Positions 35,713-45,210 are shown, numbered from the stretch's first letter. The stretch is DNA of 64,000 bases from an uncultured Verrucomicrobia subdivision 3 bacterium (GCA_903936645.1 CAIZWI010000183.1:5835-69834), one strand, 5' to 3'. A program made the numbers and translations. The notes: generated from the letters alone by a model not told the origin.

Positions 35713-36741
35713 TTAGCCGAGTTTTCGGGCGATTTGCAAAAATGCCTGGCTGGCGGGGTGATTGGGCGCGGAAACCATGATGGGTGTGCCTGCATCGCCA
35801 CCCTCACGAATGGCGGTGAAAATGGGCACCTCCCCGAGAAACGGGGCATTTTGCCGGCCTGCTTCCGCCCGGCCACCGCCGTGGCCAAAGATTTCCACCC
35901 GGTCACCGGTCGGGGTGGTAAAATAGCTCATATTTTCCACCAGGCCGAGAATCGGCACATTGACCTTGTTGAACATGGCAATGCCCTTGCGGACCACCCC
36001 CAGCGACGCCTCCTGCGGCGTGGTGATGATCACCCCGCCATCCAGGGGAACGGTCTGGCACAGCGAAAGTTGGGCATCGCCCGTGCCGGGCGGAAGATCC
36101 ACCAGCAGAAAATCCAAGTCGGTCCACGTCACCGCCATCAAGAATTGCTGGATCGTCTTCGTGATCATCGGGCCGCGCCAGATGACCGGTTGGTCGTCTT
36201 CGAGCAACAAACCAATGCTCATGACTTTGACCCCGTGGGCCGTGGGCGGCACCAACTGGCCGCCCTCACTCACACTGGGCTTCTCATGAATGCCCATCAT
36301 CAAAGGAATGCTGGGGCCGTAAATATCACAATCCAGCAGCCCCACCCGTGCGCCCAGATGATGCAAGGCACAGGCCAGGTTGGCCGAGCAGGTGGATTTA
36401 CCCACTCCGCCTTTGCCGCTGGCGATGGCGATGACCCGTTTCACCCCTGGCACCCGGTTTTGCCCGGCCAGTCCCACCTTCGGCGCCGCGGCCCCGCCCG
36501 CGGGCTGGCGCACGTCCACATGCACATGACTTACCCCGGGAAGGGCCTTCAAAATGCGCTCCGATTCGGCCTTGATCTGCTGGCCAGCCTCCGGATTCAC
36601 CGACGTTAACTGCATGGTCACGCTGACCGCCCCGTTGGCCGCCGTGATTTCCTTGATGAGGCCGAAGGAGACGATGTCGCGGGAATAGCCGGGATATTTG
36701 ACCGCTTTGAGCGCGTTTTGTATGGAGTCCTGGGTCAGCAT
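35713..36741 (-). CDS. apbC: Fe-S cluster carrier ATPase (Mrp/ApbC/NBP35 family) with N-terminal DUF59/MIP18 domain
   Basis: Motifs VKYPGYSRDIVSFGLIKEI and the deviant Walker A IASGKGGVGKSTCSANLA, with the CxxC region absent/variant. Confidence 0.88.
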   Translation of the reverse strand: MLTQDSIQNALKAVKYPGYSRDIVSFGLIKEITAANGAVSVTMQLTSVNPEAGQQIKAESERILKALPGVSHVHVDVRQPAGGAAAPKVGLAGQNRVPGVKRVIAIASGKGGVGKSTCSANLACALHHLGARVGLLDCDIYGPSIPLMMGIHEKPSVSEGGQLVPPTAHGVKVMSIGLLLEDDQPVIWRGPMITKTIQQFLMAVTWTDLDFLLVDLPPGTGDAQLSLCQTVPLDGGVIITTPQEASLGVVRKGIAMFNKVNVPILGLVENMSYFTTPTGDRVEIFGHGGGRAEAGRQNAPFLGEVPIFTAIREGGDAGTPIMVSAPNHPASQAFLQIARKLG

Positions 36742-36899
36742 AAATTTTAGTGGGTATAAATTGCCACGCCCCGGCCTGAACGCAAGCCCGGTTGAGCGGG
36801 TGCTTCAATATGGCTTAACGAGGAAATGAGGGGTTTGCCATCCGCCGGCACCCGCCGGGGCAGGGTGGGGAGGCCGGGCTCGCTGGGCCCGGCTTGCGC

Positions 36900-38138
36900 T
36901 CAGCGCCGCCGGCCGCCCGGGGCGAAATGGTAGCCGCCATGCACCCGCACCGCGCGCGCCTTGCCGGGGAATCCGCCCTTGGCCTGGCCGGGCTTGCCTT
37001 CCTCGAATAGCACCGTATAACGATAGTCAAAATCGGGCAGTTTGACCCGCGCGATTTTCTGGCTGATAAACCGTTCAATGGCGTAGACGTGCGGGGCGTC
37101 CTCGGCGGTCATGATGGTGAAGGCGTCGCCGCTGGACTCCGCCCGGCCGGTGCGGCCAATCCGGTGGATGTAATCCTCCGGATGCTGCGGCACATCGTAG
37201 TTGACCACGTGGCTCACATCGGCAATGTCCAGGCCGCGCGCCGCGATGTCCGTGGCCACCAGCACTTCAAACCGTCCGTCGCGAAAGCCTTGCAACGCCT
37301 GTTCCCGTTCTTTTTGGGTGCGGTTGGAGTGGAGCACACAAACGGCGTGCTGGTTCTTTTTCAACAGCCCCGCAATGCGGTCCGCCCCATGCTTGGTGCG
37401 GCAGAATACAATCACCGAATCGTAGCTGACCTGGTCCAATAACTTGAGGAGCAGATCGGATTTCTGCGTGTCAGAAACCGGATAAATCACGTGCTTGACC
37501 GTCTCGGCCGGCGTGCGGCGCGCGCCGATCTCCACCGTCTCCGGATCATGCATCGCCCAGTTGATGAGCGTTTCAATCTGCGGGGGGATGGTGGCGGAGA
37601 AGAGGGCGGTGTGGCGCTGGCGGGGACATTTTTCAACCAGATGGCGGACGTCCGGTAGAAAACCCATGTCCAGCATCCGGTCCGCCTCGTCCAGCACCAG
37701 AAATTCCACTTTATCCAGGCGCAGGGTGCCTTTTTCCAAATGATCCAATAATCGACCCGGCGTGGCGACCACGACGTCCGCCCCCGCCTTGAGTTCGTCG
37801 GTTTGCCGTCCGTAGCCCACGCCGCCGTAAACCACCGTGATTTTCAAGTTGGTGAAGCGGGCGTAATCGCGGATGGCCGTTTCCACTTGGGCGGCCAGTT
37901 CGCGGGTGGGCTCCAAAATCAGGGCCCGCGGCCCCGGCCCGGCATTGCCCAAGCGGGAGAGGATCGGCAGCGCGAACGCCGCCGTCTTGCCCGTGCCGGT
38001 TTGGGCACTGCCAATGACATCTTTGCCAGCCAGCACCAGCGGAATGGCGCGCAATTGAATGGGGGTGGGCTCCACGTATCCCATGGCCCGCACACCCTGC
38101 AATATATTCTCGGACAGTCCGAGCTCAGTAAAACTCAT
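36900..38138 (-). CDS. rhlE: DEAD-box ATP-dependent RNA helicase (RhlE-like)
   Basis: Q-motif region, AQTGTGKTAAFALP, VLDEADRMLDMGF, SAT, HRIGRTGRA, and a short Gly/Arg C-terminal tail. Confidence 0.9.
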   Translation of the reverse strand: MSFTELGLSENILQGVRAMGYVEPTPIQLRAIPLVLAGKDVIGSAQTGTGKTAAFALPILSRLGNAGPGPRALILEPTRELAAQVETAIRDYARFTNLKITVVYGGVGYGRQTDELKAGADVVVATPGRLLDHLEKGTLRLDKVEFLVLDEADRMLDMGFLPDVRHLVEKCPRQRHTALFSATIPPQIETLINWAMHDPETVEIGARRTPAETVKHVIYPVSDTQKSDLLLKLLDQVSYDSVIVFCRTKHGADRIAGLLKKNQHAVCVLHSNRTQKEREQALQGFRDGRFEVLVATDIAARGLDIADVSHVVNYDVPQHPEDYIHRIGRTGRAESSGDAFTIMTAEDAPHVYAIERFISQKIARVKLPDFDYRYTVLFEEGKPGQAKGGFPGKARAVRVHGGYHFAPGGRRR

Positions 38139-38150
38139 TACTCAAGACTA

Positions 38151-39923
38151 TCACGAAACCGGCGGCACGGAAGCATTTTGATTATCGGTTGCCGGGACTG
38201 CCTCCCCAACGGGGGCAGTTTCAGCCACCGGTGCCGGAGTTTCCACCACTGCGACGGGCTGGGTCACCTGGTCGGGAACGGCGGATGCCAGTTCCGGTGC
38301 CACCGTGATATCCGCGACCGGAACTTCGGCTGTCGGGGCCACGGCTTCGGCGGCGGGAGCCGGAGCTACGGGAACTTCCGGAGCCACTGTCGTGGCCGCG
38401 GGAACCGCCGGAGCCACTGCGGCAGCTTTGGGTTCCTTCACGGGCTTGGGGGCCGGTTTCTTGGCGGTTTCCAATTTCCCGTCAGCGAATTCCAGCACAT
38501 GACCCTGATGGATCAACCAGTGCAAATCCGCGATCAAAGCAGTCTGTTCGGCCGTCGGCACCGCCTGGTCAGCGGCGGGCGCTTTGGGCGCGTCCGGTGC
38601 GATTTCTATGACCGTCACCACCGGCGCGGGAGCCAGGGCTTCCACCATTTTCCGGCGCGAACATTTCGGATGTTCGTTGATATAATTGACAATGCGCTTG
38701 ATGTTTTCGGATACCGGACTCGCATCGAGATCCAAGTACTGCGGGCGGGCCACCGCCACGTGGGTGACGGTTTTGTTGACCTTGAAGAAATGCAGGCCGT
38801 GCGACGCAAACGAGCGGCTCAGGCTGGTCGCCAGCGGCAGCGGGAAATGCTTTTGCTGTTCCCATTCCGCGCGGATCAGGCGCTGCAGCTCATGGCTCTT
38901 CAAGGTGCGGCTGGGCACCCCGGCAATGGTGTAGGATTCCACCGACTTTACGATCGCATCCTTGTGGACCGCGCGGAAATGCTTCTCCACGTCCTCCTGC
39001 GAGGCCAGGCGCAACGGTTCCGGCACATTCAAGCACACGAATTCGGTCTTGAAGCTCTGGTCTTCCACCCATTTCTTCACCACGGCTTCTTCCCGCACGA
39101 TTTTCACCCGGGCTTTGAAGGCCTCGAAGGGCATGCGCGAAAAACGTTCGTTGTGCAGCTTGTGGAGCTGGTTTTGGTAATCGTGGTGATTCGGCGGCCC
39201 CAGAATCACCCCGCTCAGACCGCACTGCGCCACGAACGTATAAACGCCCTTGGGCGGTTCCGTGGGGGTGCGTTCCGGGGTATAAAACGTGGCAAAATGA
39301 TTCTTGAGAATGTGCGCCACCGCCTCTTCCTCGCTGAGCCAGGGCGTGTCGTCCAGGGCGCAGGAGAACAAAGGCTGCTTCGGCGTGCCGTCGGAATTTT
39401 TGCGCACGGCCAGGTTCACCGAGTAACGCTCCGGCTTGTCCAACACCAGTTGCGCGATCTGGAACAACGGATAAGCGCGACCCGTCACGCGAATCTGGCG
39501 GGCGAGGGATTCCACGCCGTGTTCCACCGGCACAATCGTGACGGCAATTTCCGGCAGGGGTGCCGGTGCCGCCGGCCGTTCCGGACGTTGGAAACGGGCA
39601 CCGCCGCGGTCATCGCGCCGGGGGCCGTCTTTGCGGCGATCGCCACCGCCACCACCGCCAAAGCGGGGACCACCAGCCGCCCCGCCGGGACCGGCCGGCC
39701 GGGGACCCGCACCGCCGGGACGCGGACCGGAACCGGTGCGCGGACGACCGCCACCGCCACCGCCGCCAAACGAGTCGCCCCGCGAACCACCCCGGCGGCG
39801 CTCGGGTTGGTCGCCCTCCGTGCCGGTGTATTTTTCAAAACGGTTGCTGGCAGGCTGTTCCTGGGCCCAGGAGGGCAAAAAAAGTTTTTCCAGGTCCAAG
39901 TCGGTTTCTAAATTACTGTTCAT
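38151..39923 (-). CDS. Hypothetical 590-aa protein: N-terminal RGG/Gly-Arg-rich region, globular middle, Ala/Pro/Val-rich tail
   Basis: RGG region RRRGGSRGDSFGGGGGGGRPRTG...GPRFGGGGGGDRRKDGPRRDDRGGARFQRPER. The central part is well composed (YPLFQIAQLVLDKPERYSV...). The + strand 702-aa ORF is His/Arg/Gly junk and overlaps the helicase antisense. The gene sits 21 nt after recA and 12 nt before the helicase gene. Confidence 0.75.
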   Translation of the reverse strand: MNSNLETDLDLEKLFLPSWAQEQPASNRFEKYTGTEGDQPERRRGGSRGDSFGGGGGGGRPRTGSGPRPGGAGPRPAGPGGAAGGPRFGGGGGGDRRKDGPRRDDRGGARFQRPERPAAPAPLPEIAVTIVPVEHGVESLARQIRVTGRAYPLFQIAQLVLDKPERYSVNLAVRKNSDGTPKQPLFSCALDDTPWLSEEEAVAHILKNHFATFYTPERTPTEPPKGVYTFVAQCGLSGVILGPPNHHDYQNQLHKLHNERFSRMPFEAFKARVKIVREEAVVKKWVEDQSFKTEFVCLNVPEPLRLASQEDVEKHFRAVHKDAIVKSVESYTIAGVPSRTLKSHELQRLIRAEWEQQKHFPLPLATSLSRSFASHGLHFFKVNKTVTHVAVARPQYLDLDASPVSENIKRIVNYINEHPKCSRRKMVEALAPAPVVTVIEIAPDAPKAPAADQAVPTAEQTALIADLHWLIHQGHVLEFADGKLETAKKPAPKPVKEPKAAAVAPAVPAATTVAPEVPVAPAPAAEAVAPTAEVPVADITVAPELASAVPDQVTQPVAVVETPAPVAETAPVGEAVPATDNQNASVPPVS

Positions 39924-39944
39924 GCGATCTAAGGGTTCAGTTGA

Positions 39945-41051
39945 TTAAGCGGCGATGACCACCGCGCGTTTGGCGAGAATAGCATCCACGATTTTTTTAG
40001 CGAGCGCGGGCTTTTCCGCGAGCGCCTTCTGGGCGGCGTCTTTGCCCTGTCCGATCAGTTCGCCCTCGAACTGGAGCCAGGCGCCTTTCTTATCCACCAC
40101 GCCGTCGGCCACGCCCACTTCGAGGATGCTGCCTTCTTTGTTGATGCCGTGGTTATAAATGATGTCAAACTCGGCTTCACAAAACGGCGGGGCCACTTTG
40201 TTTTTCACGATCTTGACTTTCACATGGTTGCCCATGGCATTGCCGGCGTCGTCTTTCAACGTGTCTTTGCGGCGGATATCGATACGCACACTGGCGTAGA
40301 ATTTGAGGGCTTTGCCCCCGGGCGTCGTTTCGGGATTGCCGAACATGACCCCCACTTTTTCCCGCAACTGGTTCGTGAAGATGCAGGTGGTTTTGGACTT
40401 GTTCAACACCGCCGTCAGCTTGCGCAGGGCCTGCGACATGAGGCGGGCTTGCATGCCCATTGTGGCCATGCCCATTTCCCCTTCAAGTTCGGCCTTGGGC
40501 ACCAGGGCGGCCACGGAGTCGATCACGATCACATCGAGGGCGTTGGACTTGGCGAGGGTTTCGCAAATGGTCAGGGCTTCTTCGCCGGAGTCCGGCTGGG
40601 AAACCAATAGCTCGTCGAGGTTCACACCCAATTTCTTGGCATAAGCGGGATCAAGAGCGTGTTCCGCGTCGATGAAGGCCGCCAGACCGCCGGCTTTTTG
40701 GGCATTGGCGATCACGTGCAGCATGAGGGTCGTTTTACCGGAGGATTCCGGGCCGAAGATTTCAATCACGCGGCCGCGGGGAATGCCTCCCACGCCGAGG
40801 GCGAGGTCCACGGCCAGGGCACCAGTCGGGATCACCCCGATTTTGACACGCGATTGGGCGTCGCCCAACCGCATGATGGCACCTTCACCGTAGGCCTTGG
40901 TGATCGAGGAAATTGCCGATTCGAGTTCGCGCGCATGCGGCGAAGGAGCTTTGGGCTCGGCCGACTTCTCAGCGGCTTTTTCAACGGCTTTGTCAGCGGG
41001 CTTCTCGATGGACTTTTCAGTCTTTTCCTTTTCAGGAGACTTGGGCGGCAT
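39945..41051 (-). CDS. recA: Recombinase RecA with Lys/Glu-rich N-terminal extension
   Basis: Walker [14 protein letters not shown]. Motifs [20 protein letters not shown] and [20 protein letters not shown]. About 35 extra N-terminal residues ([33 protein letters not shown]). Confidence 0.93.
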   Translation of the reverse strand: MPPKSPEKEKTEKSIEKPADKAVEKAAEKSAEPKAPSPHARELESAISSITKAYGEGAIMRLGDAQSRVKIGVIPTGALAVDLALGVGGIPRGRVIEIFGPESSGKTTLMLHVIANAQKAGGLAAFIDAEHALDPAYAKKLGVNLDELLVSQPDSGEEALTICETLAKSNALDVIVIDSVAALVPKAELEGEMGMATMGMQARLMSQALRKLTAVLNKSKTTCIFTNQLREKVGVMFGNPETTPGGKALKFYASVRIDIRRKDTLKDDAGNAMGNHVKVKIVKNKVAPPFCEAEFDIIYNHGINKEGSILEVGVADGVVDKKGAWLQFEGELIGQGKDAAQKALAEKPALAKKIVDAILAKRAVVIAA

Positions 41052-41205
41052 AGTTCGTTTTTTTAGATTCGGTCGAGTATCCTAGGCAATCGCCGGGGAA
41101 TAGTCAAACGCGATGGTTGAATTTAGGAGGTGGGCTGCGCGGCGGGCCGGCGCCGGGTGTTTTGGAATCGTGCAGACTCCCTTTTGCGGATCATGATTGA
41201 GCTTC

Positions 41206-41231
41206 ATATGGATGGATATGGTCGGATATGG
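41206..41231. repeat. Three ATATGG copies phased at exactly 10 bp, upstream of recA
   Basis: ATATGG begins at 41206, 41216 and 41226 (cATATGGatggATATGGtcggATATGGgg), 155-180 nt upstream of the recA start. Confidence 0.5.
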
Positions 41232-41417
41232 GGTGATTGTTTAATCAGTTAATTTGTTAAGGCTCAAATGGCCAAACGGGTGCCGGGCCGGATGCATTTG
41301 TGCCGCCGGCCGGTCGGATGGGCTCAGGGCGGTGCGGCCCGGGTACGCCCCGGAACCACCCACCCGCCCCCGACGATTTAGCTCCCGTTGACCATTCATC
41401 GTCCCGCAGCCTAACCC

Positions 41418-41448
41418 TGGACCCTGGACATCGGCTGTCCAGGGTCCA
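41418..41448. other. Perfect 13-bp inverted repeat (hairpin or operator) in the 650-bp exbD/recA intergenic region
   Basis: TGGACCCTGGACA-tcggc-TGTCCAGGGTCCA. No U-tract follows on either strand, so it is not a canonical terminator. Confidence 0.5.
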
Positions 41449-41699
41449 AAATAGTTTGAATTATTTTTCGGGGTGACAAATGAGGTGAAATGCCCAGTTT
41501 ATGTGGCGGGTTGGCGGTGGTTTCCTCCGCCGGCCGATGGCCAAAACGGCAATGCGTTCTAGAATGTCATCCACTGCCTCATCTGGAGGCCACTGAATTT
41601 GAGGACCGGCAGCGCAGGCGACTGCGTCAGGGGTAATTCCAAGCCAATCGTACCTAAGCGTGCCTTTGCCGCGGTGCCACCTCAGACTTTGGACTAATT

Positions 41700-42110
41700 C
41701 TAAGGCGCTTCCGTGGCCAGGCCAACCTTGGTTATGTCGAGTTGGCGCAGCACGTCCAGGACGTTCACCATGCTTTGATAGTCCACATCATCCGAACCTT
41801 TCACCACCACACTGAGGTCAGGATTGTCCGACTTCATTTGTTGCAAGTCGGCTTTCAGGATGGGAATGGTCACCGCCTGCTCATTCAGAAAGGTCTGGCC
41901 CTGACCATCCACAGTAATGCGGTTGATCTTGGGCTTGGGCTCGTTGGTTTTGGGGGGTGGCTTGCCCGAGGGCAGGTTCATTTCCAAATTATTCATCATT
42001 TGCGGCGTCGTAATGATGAAAATGACCAACAGCACAAAAACGAGGTCCAGCAACGGCGTGATGTTGAGCTCGTTGAGCGTGCTATGGGTGGATTTGGAGG
42101 TTTTTCTCAT
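41700..42110 (-). CDS. exbD: Biopolymer transport protein ExbD/TolR
   Basis: 136 aa. ELNITPLLDLVFVLLVIFIITT N-terminal TM motif and a periplasmic domain. Confidence 0.85.
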   Translation of the reverse strand: MRKTSKSTHSTLNELNITPLLDLVFVLLVIFIITTPQMMNNLEMNLPSGKPPPKTNEPKPKINRITVDGQGQTFLNEQAVTIPILKADLQQMKSDNPDLSVVVKGSDDVDYQSMVNVLDVLRQLDITKVGLATEAP

Positions 42111-42769
42111 TGGATCGCGGGTTCCGTTTCCTCCTGCACATCAAAGCGAATGACCACCCGTGGGGGGAAATTAGTCGGGGCCAGACGGTCAATTTTGGTC
42201 ACCGCGGCGAGGGCGTCCTTCACCGTTTGATCCCATTTGGCATTGCCGGAGCCTTTAAGCCATTGCGGATCGCTGAGGGTGCCATTGCGGGCGACCGCGA
42301 TGTTAACCTCGGCCACAAATTTGTCATCGGCCATGTTCTCCGGACGGTCCCATTTGGCGCGGAGGGTGTATTCGATAAACCCTTTGTAAAGCTGCACGGG
42401 ATCCGAACTGGTTTCCACGGTCTTGCCACCATCGAAATCAAAAGCGGCAACTTCCGTGTTCGCCGGGGCCACCACCGGGGCGGCGGTGGGCGGTGCACTG
42501 GCCTTGGGGGCCTCGGTGATTTTAGGCGTCTCGACTTTGGGCGGCTCCACTTTCGGGGGTTCCACCTTGGGTTCCGGGGGCTTAGGCTTTTCCGGCGGTT
42601 TCTCTTTGATGATGGAAACGCTGATTTTCTCCAATTTCTTGCCCAGCAAACCCTCGCGGGCGGCAAAGTAAAAGAGCACCAGGACCAAGAGCGCGTGAAA
42701 GGTGAACGAGATGAGCAGGTTCACCTTCGACGAGTTTTTGACCTCGCGCGGTTTGGTTTGGGGAATCAT
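42107..42769 (-). CDS. tonB: TonB-family energy transducer
   Basis: N-terminal TM segment, Pro/Lys/Glu-rich spacer (PEKPKPPEPKVEPPKVEPPKVETPK) and a C-terminal TonB-like domain. It has 4-nt overlaps with neighbouring genes. Confidence 0.8.
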   Translation of the reverse strand: MIPQTKPREVKNSSKVNLLISFTFHALLVLVLFYFAAREGLLGKKLEKISVSIIKEKPPEKPKPPEPKVEPPKVEPPKVETPKITEAPKASAPPTAAPVVAPANTEVAAFDFDGGKTVETSSDPVQLYKGFIEYTLRAKWDRPENMADDKFVAEVNIAVARNGTLSDPQWLKGSGNAKWDQTVKDALAAVTKIDRLAPTNFPPRVVIRFDVQEETEPAIQ

Positions 42770-42770
42770 G

Positions 42771-43181
42771 TTATTTCAGCGGTTCGGTGGCCAGGTCGAC
42801 CTTCGGGACGTTGGCCTGCTGGCACACATCCAGCACCGCCCGGATTTGCTTGTACTTCGTATGGCTGTCCCCGCGAATAATCACGGCCAGATCGGGATCA
42901 TCCGTGCGCAAACTAATCAGGGTTTGCAGCATTTCATTGGCATCTGCCACTTGCTTCTTATTCAAGTAGAGCGAGCCATCGGACTGCACGGAAATGTAAT
43001 TGGCCTTGCGCGGGGGATCCTTGAGCTGCTTGTAGGCTTTAGGTAGTTTCAGGTCCAAATCCTTCACCGGCGGAATGGTCGTGATGATGAAAATCACCAG
43101 CAACACAAACGCCAAATCCAGCAGCGGAGTGATATTCAACTCCGTCACGGAATGGTGAACTGAATGGGAACACTTTTTCAT
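42771..43181 (-). CDS. exbD: Biopolymer transport protein ExbD/TolR
   Basis: 136 aa. ELNITPLLDLAFVLLVIFIITT motif. Paralogue of 41700-42110. Confidence 0.85.
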   Translation of the reverse strand: MKKCSHSVHHSVTELNITPLLDLAFVLLVIFIITTIPPVKDLDLKLPKAYKQLKDPPRKANYISVQSDGSLYLNKKQVADANEMLQTLISLRTDDPDLAVIIRGDSHTKYKQIRAVLDVCQQANVPKVDLATEPLK

Positions 43182-44023
43182 CGATTCAGCGCACTCGTAA
43201 TACGATTGGCCAGCACTTCATTGGCGCTGCGGATTTCCTCGGACAACGGCCGGTGATCCACATAAACGTGCTCAATATGATTGGCAAAACGGCTGGCGAA
43301 GAGGTCCAGTTCCTGGGTGATCGCCCGGATGGTGGTCACCATGAAATTGTACGCGAACATCGCCGGAATGGCCACCAGCAAACCGGTGACGGTGGCCACC
43401 AAGGCGGCCGCCACACCAGGGGCCATGGTGGTCAAACTGGCCGAGTTCGCCTCGGCAATGCCGGCGAAAGTGGACATAACACCCCAAACAGTACCGAGCA
43501 ACCCTATGAAGGGGCCGCCCGCCACGGCGGTGGACAAGACGATCATGCCCTTTTCAAGCGACATGGCCTGCACGCCTGCGGATTCTTCCAGAATTACGCG
43601 AATTGCCTCATAAGAAGAATTACTGACTTTGGTTGTCGTGGTTTTGGCCAGCATATCCGTGTTGGTATGTTCGGCACCTTCCACAAATTTAACGGCTTGT
43701 ACTGTCACCGGATTATTCTTCAATTGATAAGCGAGCTCATCGGCGCCGCGAATGTAAAGCTGGTAGGCCGGCGCCCCTTGATACTCCACGCCCTTCTTCT
43801 GAATATCCAGTGGATCCCGCGTGGAAGCATAAGCCTCCATGAACTTTTTCGAGGCTTTGCGGGCAATCACCAGCTGGCGGAACTTGGAAAGAATGATCGT
43901 CCAGCTAAACAGCGAGAGCAGGAGGAGCACGATCACGGTGATCTGCCCTTCCGCAGTCGCATTTTTGATGGCGAACACCGCGGCGTTCGAGGCTAACAAC
44001 GGAATAATCATCATATGAGTCAT
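43178..44023 (-). CDS. exbB: MotA/TolQ/ExbB proton-channel protein
   Basis: 281 aa. TM helices and the motif GGPFIGLLGTVWGVMSTFAGIA...MAPGVAAALVATVTGL. Confidence 0.85.
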   Translation of the reverse strand: MTHMMIIPLLASNAAVFAIKNATAEGQITVIVLLLLSLFSWTIILSKFRQLVIARKASKKFMEAYASTRDPLDIQKKGVEYQGAPAYQLYIRGADELAYQLKNNPVTVQAVKFVEGAEHTNTDMLAKTTTTKVSNSSYEAIRVILEESAGVQAMSLEKGMIVLSTAVAGGPFIGLLGTVWGVMSTFAGIAEANSASLTTMAPGVAAALVATVTGLLVAIPAMFAYNFMVTTIRAITQELDLFASRFANHIEHVYVDHRPLSEEIRSANEVLANRITSALNR

Positions 44024-44059
44024 GTATGTTTCTATATTCTGAACATTAATTAAAATACT

Positions 44060-45031
44060 TCAAGCCCAAATCCCTGAGGCACCCCAAGTCCCCGGGCGAA
44101 AGGATCCGGTCAAAAGCAGGGCTAACCCGGCGACCATCGCCACCCCGGCCAGCAGGCGATTGACGGCATGGCGGGCACTTTGCGGGCGGGGATGCAAGCT
44201 TTTGGGCAGGTTTTCCCGGCGCCACTCGCTCGGGGTCATCCCAAAACGCTTCTTGAACATGGCGTTAAACAAGCCCAGATGGCGGTAGCCGCTCTCATAG
44301 GCCACGTTGATGATTTTAGCGTTGGAATTCACCAGCAATTGCCGGGCGCGCTGGAGGCGCAGCTCGATTTGCCGGGCGCGCAGGGAATCACCAAATTCAT
44401 CCCGAAACAACCGGCTGAAATGCCGCTCACTGCAATGCAATTGGGCAGCCAATTCGGCCAGCGTGTGGTCCGCCAGTTCGGCTTGTGGGATCTGGCCCAC
44501 CAATTGGCGAAAGCGCGCGCGCAACTTGTCATCCGCAGCCGCTCCCGGCAGCGGGTCGGTCAGCAGGCTGCCATAAACTTCGGACCAGAGTTGCAAACAG
44601 GCGCACCGGCAGGTTAGGTGATCGGTGGCCGGGGTAACCATCAGCCGGGCAAATTTTTGCCCCCAATGGTCACTGGCTAGGAAGACGATGGCCTGACTTT
44701 CGGGATTTTGGCGGGCCTCGGCAAATTGTTGACTTTCAGTCAGGGTGAGCACGCCGGTCAATAATTGGGGCAGAACAGTAAAATATTGAAGTTGCAGTGG
44801 CCCCAGTTGACTGGCGCGTAGCAGGCCATTGACGTTACCGGGCGTAAAAACGCCATCCCCGGCGGCGAGTGGCCGGGCGGGCGCACCGCTCTGCAGCCAA
44901 TAGCCCTGACCAGCCACGACCCGGATGCCCTGCCAGCCGTTGCCCCTGGGGGGCCATTCGGCCGAAGGAGGCAGCTCCTTCTCGAGCAAAACAAGATGTC
45001 GTTCCGAAGTCATCGGCCTTTCAGAATGCAT
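44060..45031 (-). CDS. AraC-family transcriptional regulator with an extra C-terminal hydrophobic tail
   Basis: HTH pair LAAQLHCSERHFSRLFRDEFG...INVAYESGYRHLGLFNAMFKKRFGMTPSEWRR, followed by ~45 further residues including LLAGVAMVAGLALLLTGSF. Alternative ATG at 45013. Confidence 0.8.
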   Translation of the reverse strand: MHSERPMTSERHLVLLEKELPPSAEWPPRGNGWQGIRVVAGQGYWLQSGAPARPLAAGDGVFTPGNVNGLLRASQLGPLQLQYFTVLPQLLTGVLTLTESQQFAEARQNPESQAIVFLASDHWGQKFARLMVTPATDHLTCRCACLQLWSEVYGSLLTDPLPGAAADDKLRARFRQLVGQIPQAELADHTLAELAAQLHCSERHFSRLFRDEFGDSLRARQIELRLQRARQLLVNSNAKIINVAYESGYRHLGLFNAMFKKRFGMTPSEWRRENLPKSLHPRPQSARHAVNRLLAGVAMVAGLALLLTGSFRPGTWGASGIWA

Positions 45032-45038
45032 GGGCGAT

Positions 45039-45076
45039 GTTACCAGCCCGCGTCATTCAAGTTACTTTTAGGTTAC
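45039..45076 (-). promoter_or_regulatory. Phased GTAAC pentamers upstream of the AraC-type gene
   Basis: GTTAC on the + strand at 45039, 45061 and 45072 (= GTAAC on the gene strand). Spacings are 22 and 11 bp. The function is hypothetical. Confidence 0.3.
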
Positions 45077-45176
45077 AGATAAGGGTGGCCACCGGACACA
45101 ATGGCCCATTTTTACCAGATTTCAGACGAAATGACCCGTTGCCAAACCGGGGAATAAACTCTGAAGGGAACCGCCG

Positions 45177-45210
45177 AAATAAAAAGGGACAGGGTCGTTG
45201 ACCCTGTCCC
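45177..45210 (-). terminator. Rho-independent terminator of gene 45271-46386
   Basis: 11-bp perfect stem GGGACAGGGTC-gtt-GACCCTGTCCC (45186-45210), followed on the minus strand by TTTTTATTT. Confidence 0.75.

Noticed and set aside
36873-36893. GC hairpin (GCCGGGC-N7-GCCCGGC) after the helicase gene as a rho-independent terminator.
   Set aside because: No U-tract follows on the transcribed (minus) strand. It may still act as a 3' structure, but it was not called as a terminator feature.
41052-41200. Canonical LexA/SOS box in front of recA.
   Set aside because: Scanning by eye found no CTGT-N8-ACAG, GAAC-N4-GTTC or TGTTC-N4-GAACA type palindrome in the region. A lineage-specific motif cannot be excluded without a matrix scan.
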